Positions 1 to 8,081 of a DNA stretch of 64,000 nucleotides are shown piece by piece. The stretch lies in sequence record MZ502379.1; one strand, 5' to 3'. The notes below the pieces were generated by a model that saw only the letters and a program-made list of their open reading frames with translations, searched no databases and was not told the origin of the DNA. The number at the start of each line of letters is the position of its first letter. Within the stretch, counting starts at the first letter, position 1. A program made the position numbers and the translations under genes. This DNA is from Escherichia phage vB_EcoM_Shinka.

Positions 1-25
1 CTGTTATTTGAGGGATGTAAACATT

Positions 26-424
26 TTATTTCATTTTTGCGAGGCAGATTTCATTGGCTTCCCATTGAGCTTGCTTAATAATAGCTTTGGATACAGGAAC
101 CTTTTGACCATAAGTTTTTGACGTTGAGAGAACAATATATTTGTTTGCCTCATTATGCCAACCCCATGATTTTTCGCCATGAGTACCTTTAATTACGGCC
201 GACACTTCAACAGAGCATCCATCAGAACTAATCTTGGTGTCTACAATCCATTCATTTCTCTCGACAGCTTCATTTTCCGATCTCATTTTTTCTTCATACA
301 CGGCGGCCCAATCAGTTTTTGTCAAGCTTAAACTAAGAGCTTTCTCTAATTCTTTGGCAGCCTTTTGTTGTTCGGGTGTTAATGAATTATATAACTCTCG
401 CATTTCTTTATCTTCAATATTCAT
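26..424 (-). CDS. hypothetical early protein (132 aa)
   Basis: ORF with ATG at 424, strong SD (GAGGAGAA) just upstream, early-promoter-like motif further upstream; no recognisable catalytic motif. Confidence 0.5.
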   Translation of the reverse strand: MNIEDKEMRELYNSLTPEQQKAAKELEKALSLSLTKTDWAAVYEEKMRSENEAVERNEWIVDTKISSDGCSVEVSAVIKGTHGEKSWGWHNEANKYIVLSTSKTYGQKVPVSKAIIKQAQWEANEICLAKMK

Positions 425-449
425 TATGTTCTCCTCAAGTTATAGGCTC

Positions 450-478
450 ATAATATCTCAATCATGAGCCTATGTAAA
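450..478 (-). promoter_or_regulatory. T4-type early (sigma70-like) promoter
   Basis: minus-strand GTTTACA (-35) with ~16 nt spacer to an AT-rich -10; motif recurs upstream of other minus-strand early ORFs. Confidence 0.35.
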
Positions 479-479
479 C

Positions 480-743
480 TTATTTCATATTATTGAAATA
501 TTCTTCTGCGATTTCATCGTTATCATGGTAAACTTTAGAAGACAGTTTAACATAACCTTCAGCAGTGAACATGTTAATCACAACCTTTACAGTATACCAC
601 TGACCATCTTCATTACCCATTACTGCGTAAGTTTCAAACATCGGATGATCAGGACCGATAACTTTAATATCATTCACTGTACGACCAAAATCTTCTGAAA
701 CACATTTCATAAAGAAGTTGAACAGTTCGCCGTAATTATCCAT
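480..743 (-). CDS. hypothetical early protein (~87 aa)
   Basis: track ORF 480..806 starts at TTG inside the predicted promoter; first ATG with SD (GGAGA) is at 743 (MDNYGELF...). Confidence 0.45.
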   Translation of the reverse strand: MDNYGELFNFFMKCVSEDFGRTVNDIKVIGPDHPMFETYAVMGNEDGQWYTVKVVINMFTAEGYVKLSSKVYHDNDEIAEEYFNNMK

Positions 744-786
744 TTCATTCTCCAAGTTGTTTTCTGTATCAGTAGTTGATAGTTGT

Positions 787-816
787 ATAGTACCATGGAA
801 GGACAAGGATGTAAAC
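787..816 (-). promoter_or_regulatory. T4-type early promoter
   Basis: minus-strand GTTTACA (rc of 810..816), 17 nt spacer, TACTAT -10 (rc of 787..792). Confidence 0.4.
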
Positions 817-950
817 CGTTTTGTGAAAAAATTTTTTAAAAAGTTTTAGGGAATTCTAGGGTAGGGAGGGGCAATTAAAAGATAGGATAATATATTATAA
901 AGGGTAGAAACTAAATGATGCCTAGAGAGGCCCGGAAAGGCCTAGATACC

Positions 951-978
951 AAAAAGCCCCAACCTTTTGGTCGGGGCT
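951..978 (-). terminator. rho-independent terminator hairpin (minus strand)
   Basis: minus-strand stem AGCCCCGACC/GGTTGGGGCT with 4-nt loop followed by TTTTT; immediately downstream of CDS 986..1459. Confidence 0.55.
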
Positions 979-985
979 AAGAATG

Positions 986-1459
986 TTATTTGATTTGTTT
1001 AGCAGACCAAATGCGGTCTTTAATAATTTTTTGGATGTCTTCAACATACTCAAGAGAGTGAGCATGTGGGTTATCTTTGAAACTATAAGCACGAGCTAAC
1101 TTTTGACCTTCAGTTTTGATTACTAAAAGCTCTTTAAGGATAGCTTCATATCTGGAGATAATTCCTTTAACGATATTTTTCTCTTGTGTGACTTTAGGAT
1201 CTGCTTTAGGAGCAGGTTTACCTGAAGCCTTTGCAAAAGCAGCTCCAGTAGCAACTAAACTTTTCCAAGCCATACTAACTGCATTCCCTGTAAATCCTTC
1301 GGCTTTCATATCACGAGCAAATTGGAATCGTGATTCATCGGAAGCATCTTTATAGGAATATTTACCCGCGGCAATGGCTGCTTTTGCGACAGCTTGAATT
1401 TCGGTGCTAGATGCTTCATTTAACACCGCTTCATTTAAAAATTGAGCATATGATTTCAT
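986..1459 (-). CDS. internal-protein-like protein with capsid-targeting-type N-terminus (157 aa)
   Basis: N-terminus MKSYAQFLNEA resembles the MKTYQEFIAEA-type capsid targeting sequence of T4 internal proteins; late TATAAATA promoter upstream; Ala/Lys-rich. Confidence 0.5.
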   Translation of the reverse strand: MKSYAQFLNEAVLNEASSTEIQAVAKAAIAAGKYSYKDASDESRFQFARDMKAEGFTGNAVSMAWKSLVATGAAFAKASGKPAPKADPKVTQEKNIVKGIISRYEAILKELLVIKTEGQKLARAYSFKDNPHAHSLEYVEDIQKIIKDRIWSAKQIK

Positions 1460-1495
1460 CTTATTTCCTGTTTTAATTCGTGGTTTTAATATACT

Positions 1496-1503
1496 TATTT
1501 ATA
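1496..1503 (-). promoter_or_regulatory. late promoter TATAAATA (minus strand)
   Basis: exact TATAAATA on minus strand ~35 nt upstream of ATG at 1459. Confidence 0.45.
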
Positions 1504-1505
1504 CT

Positions 1506-1533
1506 AAAAAGCCCCAACCTTTCGGTCGGGGCT
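1506..1533 (-). terminator. rho-independent terminator hairpin (minus strand), repeat of 951..978
   Basis: same stem sequence as 951..978 (one loop difference) followed by TTTTT on minus strand. Confidence 0.55.
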
Positions 1534-1584
1534 AAGCCTTGCGGCAACCTTGTCGGGGTTCCACCTGCTAAGGCAAGTGTTTGT

Positions 1585-1676
1585 ACGAAACGCCGGGATT
1601 CGAACCCGGTTATTAAGTAGTTGACGCTACTCAATATTTTTAAAAGGCCATATCTCGACCATATCCGAACGTTCCG
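1585..1676 (-). ncRNA. tRNA-like structured RNA (non-canonical; possible stable-RNA species)
   Basis: canonical T-arm (CCGGG-TTCGAAT-CCCGG) and 7-bp acceptor stem (one G-U) but a 10-bp hairpin with 6-nt loop where the anticodon arm should be; no encoded CCA. Confidence 0.35.
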
Positions 1677-1850
1677 TCAAAAACGCTACTCGGCTTATGG
1701 CAAAGATATTTCCTCGAATCGATAATTCGGTGCGCCGTTTCTGCTGTGATATAAGGGGGCATTAACAAAAACATAAAGATTTATTAATGCCAGTCCTTAA
1801 ACAGGGAACATCAGTCCGACGACTTGCCGGTAGCGACCCGGCTTCTTGTC

Positions 1851-1926
1851 TGGTCGAGGCAGTAGGGATCGAACCTACGACCCAGGACTTAGAAGGTCCT
1901 TGCTCTTCCTTCTGAGCTATGCCTCG
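1851..1926 (-). tRNA. tRNA-Arg (anticodon TCT)
   Basis: 76 nt cloverleaf built by hand: 7-bp acceptor, anticodon loop CTTCTAA, T-loop TTCGATC, CCA encoded. Confidence 0.8.
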
Positions 1927-1930
1927 TATT

Positions 1931-2005
1931 TGGCGGACGTGATAGGATTCGAACCTATAACCAATCGCTTAACAGGCGATCGCTCTGCCATTGAGCTACA
2001 CATCC
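1931..2005 (-). tRNA. tRNA-Asn (anticodon GTT)
   Basis: 75 nt; acceptor with one G-U, anticodon stem ATCGC/GCGAT, loop CTGTTAA, T-loop TTCGAAT, CCA encoded. Confidence 0.7.
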
Positions 2006-2009
2006 AAAT

Positions 2010-2096
2010 TGGTGGGGAGTGATGGAGTCGAACCACCCGAGTCGCAATGACAATGGATTTACAGTCCACACCGCTACCTCTACGGGATAACTCCCC
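2010..2096 (-). tRNA. tRNA-Tyr (anticodon GTA), type II
   Basis: 87 nt; perfect 7-bp acceptor GGGGAGT/ACTCCCC, anticodon loop CTGTAAA, long variable arm, T-loop TTCGACT, CCA encoded. Confidence 0.7.
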
Positions 2097-2105
2097 AAAT
2101 TAATT

Positions 2106-2180
2106 TGGTGGCCCTGGGTAGAATTGAACCACCATCTGGCGATTATGAGTCGCTTGCTTGAACCTTCCAGCTACAGGGCC
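2106..2180 (-). tRNA. tRNA-Ile/Met (anticodon CAT)
   Basis: 75 nt; acceptor GGCCCTG/CAGGGCC, anticodon loop CTCATAA, T-loop TTCAATT, CCA encoded; T4 tRNA-Ile uses CAU. Confidence 0.75.
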
Positions 2181-2181
2181 T

Positions 2182-2257
2182 TGGTGCTGATTGACGGAAT
2201 CGAACCGCCGACGTCCTCATTACAAGTGAGGTGCTCTACCTACTGAGCTAAATCAGC
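2182..2257 (-). tRNA. tRNA-Thr (anticodon TGT)
   Basis: 76 nt; acceptor GCTGATT/AATCAGC, anticodon loop CTTGTAA, T-loop TTCGATT, CCA encoded. Confidence 0.8.
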
Positions 2258-2262
2258 AAAAC

Positions 2263-2352
2263 TGGCGGAGGCGATAGGATTTGAACCTATGAGTCGCCGG
2301 AGCGACTGCCGGTTTTCAAGACCGGTGCATTAAACCACTCTGCCACGCCTCC
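2263..2352 (-). tRNA. tRNA-Ser (anticodon TGA), type II
   Basis: 90 nt; acceptor GGAGGCG/CGCCTCC, anticodon loop CTTGAAA, long variable hairpin AGTCGC/GCGACT, T-loop TTCAAAT, CCA encoded. Confidence 0.8.
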
Positions 2353-2354
2353 AG

Positions 2355-2428
2355 TCTCCATACAAGGATTTGAACCTTGGACCTCCTGATCCCAAATCAG
2401 GCGCTCTACCAAACTGAGCTACACGGAG
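2355..2428 (-). tRNA. tRNA-Pro (anticodon TGG)
   Basis: 74 nt; anticodon stem CCTGA/TCAGG, loop TTTGGGA, T-loop TTCAAAT; no encoded CCA; 2 nt from tRNA-Ser. Confidence 0.8.
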
Positions 2429-2438
2429 TAAATTAAAT

Positions 2439-2512
<74 letters not shown>

Positions 2513-2517
2513 AAATT

Positions 2518-2604
2518 TGGTGCGAGAAGTGGGACTCGAACCCACAAGGAAATCATTCCGCAGCATTTTAAGTGCTGTGCCTTTACCAATTTGACCATTC
2601 TCGC
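2518..2604 (-). tRNA. tRNA-Leu (anticodon TAA), type II
   Basis: 87 nt; acceptor GCGAGAA/TTCTCGC, anticodon stem CAGCA/TGCTG, loop CTTAAAA, long variable arm, T-loop TTCGAGT, CCA encoded. Confidence 0.8.
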
Positions 2605-2605
2605 G

Positions 2606-2678
2606 CTGGGAATAAAGGACTCGAACCTTTGCATCCTGGAATCAAAATCCAGTGCCTTACCAACTTGGCTAATTCCCA
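2606..2678 (-). tRNA. tRNA-Gln (anticodon TTG)
   Basis: 73 nt; acceptor TGGGAAT/ATTCCCA, anticodon stem CTGGA/TCCAG, loop TTTTGAT, T-loop TTCGAGT; 1 nt from tRNA-Leu (dimeric-precursor arrangement). Confidence 0.8.
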
Positions 2679-2744
2679 ATTATTAACAAAGGCTCTCAAG
2701 CAAGAACCCTTGATGATAGAGGGTATTAATCAGTGCGGTATGAG

Positions 2745-2773
2745 TTAATAATAACAAATAATTCTTAAAGCAT
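2745..2773 (-). promoter_or_regulatory. MotA-box middle promoter upstream of the tRNA array
   Basis: minus-strand ATGCTTTAA (MotA box TGCTTtA) ~12 nt upstream of TATTAT; identical 29-nt element recurs at 61481..61509 upstream of gene 31. Confidence 0.4.
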
Positions 2774-2775
2774 AT

Positions 2776-3063
2776 TTACCATTTATGATAATACATATTT
2801 ACGATGCATTCAAGACCCAAAGGATTCTTGAAAATATCATATTTAAGAGGACCTTTTTCTGTTTCAATAAAGAAATCAAAATTTACTGTATTAAATTTAC
2901 GGTCTTCCTTCACTAATTTAACTTGAGAAGATGAACGGTCAACATAAACCTTTTCAACTTCAAAACATGTTAAAATGCCATAATCATCAATCAAGGCTTT
3001 AGCTGCTTCTTGATCATATTTATATCCATTTTCAATGGACGATACTTTAGCATAAAGAATCAT
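2776..3063 (-). CDS. hypothetical protein (95 aa)
   Basis: ATG-initiated ORF, no recognisable motif. Confidence 0.5.
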   Translation of the reverse strand: MILYAKVSSIENGYKYDQEAAKALIDDYGILTCFEVEKVYVDRSSSQVKLVKEDRKFNTVNFDFFIETEKGPLKYDIFKNPLGLECIVNMYYHKW

Positions 3064-3065
3064 TA

Positions 3066-3446
3066 TTAGCCTTCATCAACAATAGTATGAGTATGGGCAT
3101 TTACAATTTGCCACCAATCAAAGCGATTGGAACCATACATTGGTTTGTTTTCATTTTCTTTGATAATGTCACGGAGTTCATCTTCGGTAGCGGCTTTCGC
3201 GATTAAATCAGCATATCCACCACGAGGATAATAATTATCACCTGCAAAAAGTAAAAAGTTTGGTTTAATGTTATTGAACTCTTCAATAGTAATAACTTTT
3301 CCTGTTGGTTGAACAATCTCTACATATTTATATCCCAATTTTTGAGCAGCATCTACTGCTTCAAGCAAAGTATCATGAGCCCATCCAATTTGACAACCTG
3401 GCTTTTCAGATGGATTAGCCTGATAATCCGCATACACTTTGTACAT
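3066..3446 (-). CDS. hypothetical protein (~126 aa)
   Basis: track ORF starts at TTG; first ATG (MYKVYADY...) at 3446 has SD AAGGTG and overlaps the stop of the upstream ORF (TAGAATG). Confidence 0.5.
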   Translation of the reverse strand: MYKVYADYQANPSEKPGCQIGWAHDTLLEAVDAAQKLGYKYVEIVQPTGKVITIEEFNNIKPNFLLFAGDNYYPRGGYADLIAKAATEDELRDIIKENENKPMYGSNRFDWWQIVNAHTHTIVDEG

Positions 3447-3447
3447 T

Positions 3448-3633
3448 CTATTCACCTTTAGAAATTTTATCCATAACGATAGCAATTAAACCAATTAAAA
3501 ATGCTACTACAAGTGAAAACACATTTTCTGCTGTAGTCAATAATCCGCATATAAATCCAACAAACATTGAAAAACTAAAAGCAGAAGCAGAAATTGCAAT
3601 AGCAACATTTCGAATTAATTCACAACGTTTCAT
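3448..3633 (-). CDS. small hydrophobic (two-helix membrane) protein (61 aa)
   Basis: two hydrophobic stretches (AIAISASAFSFSMFVGFICGLL and VFSLVVAFLIGLIAIV); early promoter upstream. Confidence 0.45.
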   Translation of the reverse strand: MKRCELIRNVAIAISASAFSFSMFVGFICGLLTTAENVFSLVVAFLIGLIAIVMDKISKGE

Positions 3634-3661
3634 TTTATTCTCCTCGGTAGTTGATAGGGTA

Positions 3662-3691
3662 ATAGTATCACAACTAAAACCCTATGTAAAC
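3662..3691 (-). promoter_or_regulatory. T4-type early promoter
   Basis: minus-strand GTTTACA (rc 3685..3691), 17-nt spacer, TACTAT. Confidence 0.4.
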
Positions 3692-3709
3692 AACTTTGTG
3701 AAATATTTA

Positions 3710-3997
3710 TTACAAAAGATTTTTAGCAATAATCTTGAGATGTGCCGCAGAAATGTGTTTAGCTTTAAACAACGCAGTTTCTTCAGCAGGAGAGATAACG
3801 ATTGTAGCACCATCCTTTTTAGCAGACCACCCATCACCTAGGTAAACAGTACCTTTGATTTCTTCGCCATCAACCAGACTAATCATTGGTTTACCTTCTC
3901 GTCCTTTATTTGCTTTAATAACTTCAGAAGTAAGAGTAGCCTCGGTAATGGTAGAAACCGGGGTAGTTGTAGAAGTAAATTCTTTGAAAGTTTTCAT
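3710..3997 (-). CDS. internal-protein-like protein (95 aa) at the T4 ipI position
   Basis: N-terminus MKTFKEF... matches the MKTxxEF capsid-targeting pattern; 95 aa; sits between the tRNA region and 57B as ipI does in T4. Confidence 0.5.
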   Translation of the reverse strand: MKTFKEFTSTTTPVSTITEATLTSEVIKANKGREGKPMISLVDGEEIKGTVYLGDGWSAKKDGATIVISPAEETALFKAKHISAAHLKIIAKNLL

Positions 3998-4027
3998 TTT
4001 ATTTTCCTAATTAATTTTGATGAGATA

Positions 4028-4057
4028 ATAGTATCACTACCTCATCAACGTGTAAAC
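4028..4057 (-). promoter_or_regulatory. T4-type early promoter
   Basis: minus-strand GTTTACA-N17-TACTAT. Confidence 0.45.
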
Positions 4058-4069
4058 AACTATGTGAAA

Positions 4070-4766
<697 letters not shown>

Positions 4767-4767
<1 letters not shown>

Positions 4768-5480
4768 TATAGTACCTTTAGTGTATTTTTAATTTTAGAA
4801 AAAAGTTCTTCAAGAGAACCATCGTTTGTAATTACTAAATCGCCATCACGAATTGGCAATCCAGCTTCTGTAATATGAGTATCATTGGATTTTTGACCAG
4901 GACGAACTACATGAATTACTGTAGCACCCATCGCCCTAGCCGCATCCATTTCATGATCTTGACGAGTATCAGGAACGATATAATAATCATAACCTGAGTT
5001 AAATTTATCAAGATAATCTAAAGCAAATAATTTTACCCAATACATGCGGTCGAAGTTATTAACAATCAAATCCGTACCTAGGGCTTGCATCAGACGACGG
5101 ACTGACCATTGATCTTCAATATTATTTATAACGTCAGCAATCTTGTTAAATGCTACGAAATTAACTGCGTCATCAAAAACAAACACACCTTTAATTGGGC
5201 TTTTACTATTAAGATAGCAAAATGCTTGTTCCATAATCGTGATTACTTCTGATTTAGTCAGATTTAAATTAGTCTCACGATCATAGTCAATTCCTTCAAA
5301 CTCTTTACGAGTTAAGCAAGGATAGTCAGTGTTTGCTGCAAATACTCCCCATGCATAAGCCAATGCATCCTTAATAGGACCAGCAAGTTGGTATTTAACT
5401 GCAGAATAATTGCTCATGATAAAATCAGCAGTAGTATCTTTTCCACTACGCTTTACACCGCTTAAAAAGATTAGTTTCAT
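4767..5480 (-). CDS. 1: deoxynucleoside monophosphate kinase gp1
   Basis: P-loop GVKRSGKDT; ATG at 5480 with SD (track ORF extends to 5519 from a non-ATG start). Confidence 0.85.
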
Positions 5481-5529
5481 GTGTTTCTCCTCAAATTTAA
5501 TTAAGATTATAACACACAAAACTGAAGCA

Positions 5530-6060
5530 TTAAACTTCTGCTATAATTTTTCCATCTTTTTCTACTTGAAAATAGGTGTAAGGAATCGTAGCTGTACATA
5601 CTAAAGCCGGGTCTGAATCTTCTGTGTAGCTAAATTCTACTTCAGATAGGTCAGAAACCCAAGGCTTATAAAAATTTATTGACATCACGATTTCAGTTTT
5701 GCTATTATCTAAGATGTAAAGCGTAATGTATTCAGGACCTGTTTTTTGAGCAGTATTTTCACCTGTAAGATAGTTGCTAGTTCCTAGCATCCATTCATAC
5801 ATTCCTATCCACGACTTAAGTTCTTCATCAACTATAAATCTCACAATGAGTGGATCATACTCAAATGTAACACCTGGACGCTGTGCTCGGCCCAGTCCAA
5901 ACGGCCCAGTCACGGTATCAGTAACAGGTATTCTAATTCCTGGAATAGGAACTGACTGAGCATTTAAAGTAAAAGCAGATGTAGTATTACTATGTGGTAT
6001 TGATACTACAAAGTTAGTTGTATTTGCTTGGTTAAAAATTTGTTGCAGAGCTTGCGACAT
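5530..6060 (-). CDS. 3: tail completion / sheath stabiliser gp3
   Basis: 176 aa from ATG at 6060 (MSQALQQIF...) with SD; gene order 1-3-2-4. Confidence 0.8.
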   Translation of the reverse strand: MSQALQQIFNQANTTNFVVSIPHSNTTSAFTLNAQSVPIPGIRIPVTDTVTGPFGLGRAQRPGVTFEYDPLIVRFIVDEELKSWIGMYEWMLGTSNYLTGENTAQKTGPEYITLYILDNSKTEIVMSINFYKPWVSDLSEVEFSYTEDSDPALVCTATIPYTYFQVEKDGKIIAEV

Positions 6061-6166
6061 ATATTCCTCATAATGCTTTATAACTGTTGGTGGTATAATG
6101 GGTCTAAGTCCCTTCCATTCAATTCCATTTAGAACAAACAACAGAAAAGAATGGAAGATAATAGAA

Positions 6167-6991
6167 TTAGATATTTGACCAGACTTTGTTTGCAGAGAAA
6201 CGTTTTCCTTTTGAAACGAACTGCTGAAGTGGCATCAACACAACGTTCGCCCAGTCTTTCGGGGCGATTTCAACAAGGCTACCCATAATATTACCAGGTA
6301 TATATGCCTTAATCATTTGGTCTGCACCCCTAAATCCTTTCACTTGACTCCAATCAATTTTTAATTTCGTTTTATTAGTAATAGTAGGTGTATTTGCATA
6401 TTGCTTTAAAAGCTCTTCTAGGAATTGCTGACGAGCTTTAGGTGGAATATAGTGCAAGTTTAATCCGTACATTAAATTATGCTTACCTAAACCAAGGTAA
6501 ATTATCAAAGGAAATTTATCCCAGTAAGGAAGAGTTTCCTTGTGTTTAGCATCATAAGCAAAAGCATATATTCGTCCCGGCTGCGGGCGAACAACTTTAT
6601 GTCCTTTTACTTGCTTAATAGTTTCAGCAAACCACTTTCTGGTTTTATTATTAATTGCTGCGCCTTCATTACGAATTTTATCACGCAATGTTTGCCTGAA
6701 TGAATTTATCATAAGCAGTTGTCTTTCTTGCTTATTGAGTTTATTCATTGGTTTTGATTCAAGCTTTTGAATCTTTTCAGCCGTTTTAATTCCTGAAGCA
6801 TATTTTGACATTGCCGAAGTAAACGTAGAGTATTTGATTCCTCTTTCTTCAGCAAATTGCTTTCCTGTCATTCCTTTTGCTTTGGCCTTTCTGTATTCAA
6901 GACCTATCTGAATCCATTTCTTTTCGTTTAATGATTGCTTAACCTTTGGAACTTGGGGAGTGCTTTCATTAATTATTTGAAAAATAGCCAT
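6167..6991 (-). CDS. 2: DNA end-protector protein gp2
   Basis: 274 aa, basic protein, conserved position. Confidence 0.8.
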   Translation of the reverse strand: MAIFQIINESTPQVPKVKQSLNEKKWIQIGLEYRKAKAKGMTGKQFAEERGIKYSTFTSAMSKYASGIKTAEKIQKLESKPMNKLNKQERQLLMINSFRQTLRDKIRNEGAAINNKTRKWFAETIKQVKGHKVVRPQPGRIYAFAYDAKHKETLPYWDKFPLIIYLGLGKHNLMYGLNLHYIPPKARQQFLEELLKQYANTPTITNKTKLKIDWSQVKGFRGADQMIKAYIPGNIMGSLVEIAPKDWANVVLMPLQQFVSKGKRFSANKVWSNI

Positions 6992-7443
6992 TATGCCCCC
7001 TTAAAGCCAAGAGCTCGTAATCCATCTTCTGTTAGAATTCTAAATTTTATTCCACGCTTTTCAGCTAAAGCTTGCGCTGCTTTCCATTTATCAGTGTTCA
7101 CAGACCAGGTATAAATTTCATTCATAAATCTTTTCTTCGCTGCGGTTGTTAGATGTGCTGGTTTAACTGGTGGTTGTGTTTCTTTTTTAGGTTTTATTTC
7201 AATAAAAAATTCTTGTCCAGAAGAATCTTTCATCCAAATATCCATGAAGTATCTACGTTTTTTCCCTTCGGCATTACAAAAATAAGGAATTACTGCTGTT
7301 TCACTACCCCATGCAATAATTTCTGGATTTTTATCTAACCATTCAAAAAAGAATTTTTCCCAATTTGATCTATACGTAATTTTTTTAGGGTCACCTCTAT
7401 ACTTTGATATATTTTTAGGAACCCATTTTCCAGAATATGCCAT
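6991..7443 (-). CDS. 4: head completion protein gp4
   Basis: 150 aa; overlapping start/stop with gene 2; late promoter upstream. Confidence 0.8.
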   Translation of the reverse strand: MAYSGKWVPKNISKYRGDPKKITYRSNWEKFFFEWLDKNPEIIAWGSETAVIPYFCNAEGKKRRYFMDIWMKDSSGQEFFIEIKPKKETQPPVKPAHLTTAAKKRFMNEIYTWSVNTDKWKAAQALAEKRGIKFRILTEDGLRALGFKGA

Positions 7444-7454
7444 TGGATTCTCCT

Positions 7455-7462
7455 TATAAATA
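7455..7462 (+). promoter_or_regulatory. late promoter TATAAATA (gene 53)
   Basis: exact TATAAATA ~30 nt upstream of ATG 7491. Confidence 0.5.
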
Positions 7463-7469
7463 GATAATA

Positions 7470-7477
7470 TATTTATA
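7470..7477 (-). promoter_or_regulatory. late promoter TATAAATA (gene 4, divergent)
   Basis: exact TATAAATA on minus strand ~27 nt upstream of ATG 7443. Confidence 0.45.
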
Positions 7478-7490
7478 AACAGGAGGGCCC

Positions 7491-8081
7491 ATGCTCTTTA
7501 CATTTTTTGATCCGATTGAATATGCGGCCAAAACGGTGAATAAAAACGCGCCGACTATTCCTATGACAGATATTTTTAGAAACTATAAAGACTATTTCAA
7601 ACGTGCTCTTGCGGGATACCGCTTACGTACTTATTATATTAAAGGTTCACCACGCCCGGAAGAATTAGCAAATGCTATATATGGAAATCCGCAGTTGTAT
7701 TGGGTTTTATTGATGTGTAATGATAATTATGATCCGTATTATGGATGGATTACTTCGCAAGAAGCTGCTTATCAAGCATCTATACAAAAATACAAAAACG
7801 TAGGTGGAGACCAAATAGTATATCATGTGAATGAGAACGGTGAAAAATTTTATAATTTAATATCATATGATGATAATCCATATGTTTGGTATGACAAAGG
7901 CGATAAAGCTAGAAAATATCCTCAATATGAAGGAGCACTTGCCGCGGTCGATACGTATGAAGCTGCTGTTCTTGAAAATGAAAAACTTCGTCAAATAAAA
8001 ATAATAGCAAAATCAGACATCAATTCATTTATGAACGACCTTATACGTATAATGGAGAAATCTTATGGAAATGATAAGTAA
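7491..8081 (+). CDS. 53: baseplate wedge protein gp53
   Basis: 196 aa; precedes gene 5. Confidence 0.8.
   Translation: MLFTFFDPIEYAAKTVNKNAPTIPMTDIFRNYKDYFKRALAGYRLRTYYIKGSPRPEELANAIYGNPQLYWVLLMCNDNYDPYYGWITSQEAAYQASIQKYKNVGGDQIVYHVNENGEKFYNLISYDDNPYVWYDKGDKARKYPQYEGALAAVDTYEAAVLENEKLRQIKIIAKSDINSFMNDLIRIMEKSYGNDK

Noticed and set aside
1585-1676. Canonical 11th tRNA
   Set aside because: Acceptor and T-arm are fine but no 7-nt anticodon loop can be formed; kept only as a tRNA-like RNA.
3066-3446. Nucleoside 2-deoxyribosyltransferase-like call for the ~126-aa ORF
   Set aside because: Only a vague FAGDNYYPRGGY resemblance in the wrong position for the family motif; left as hypothetical.
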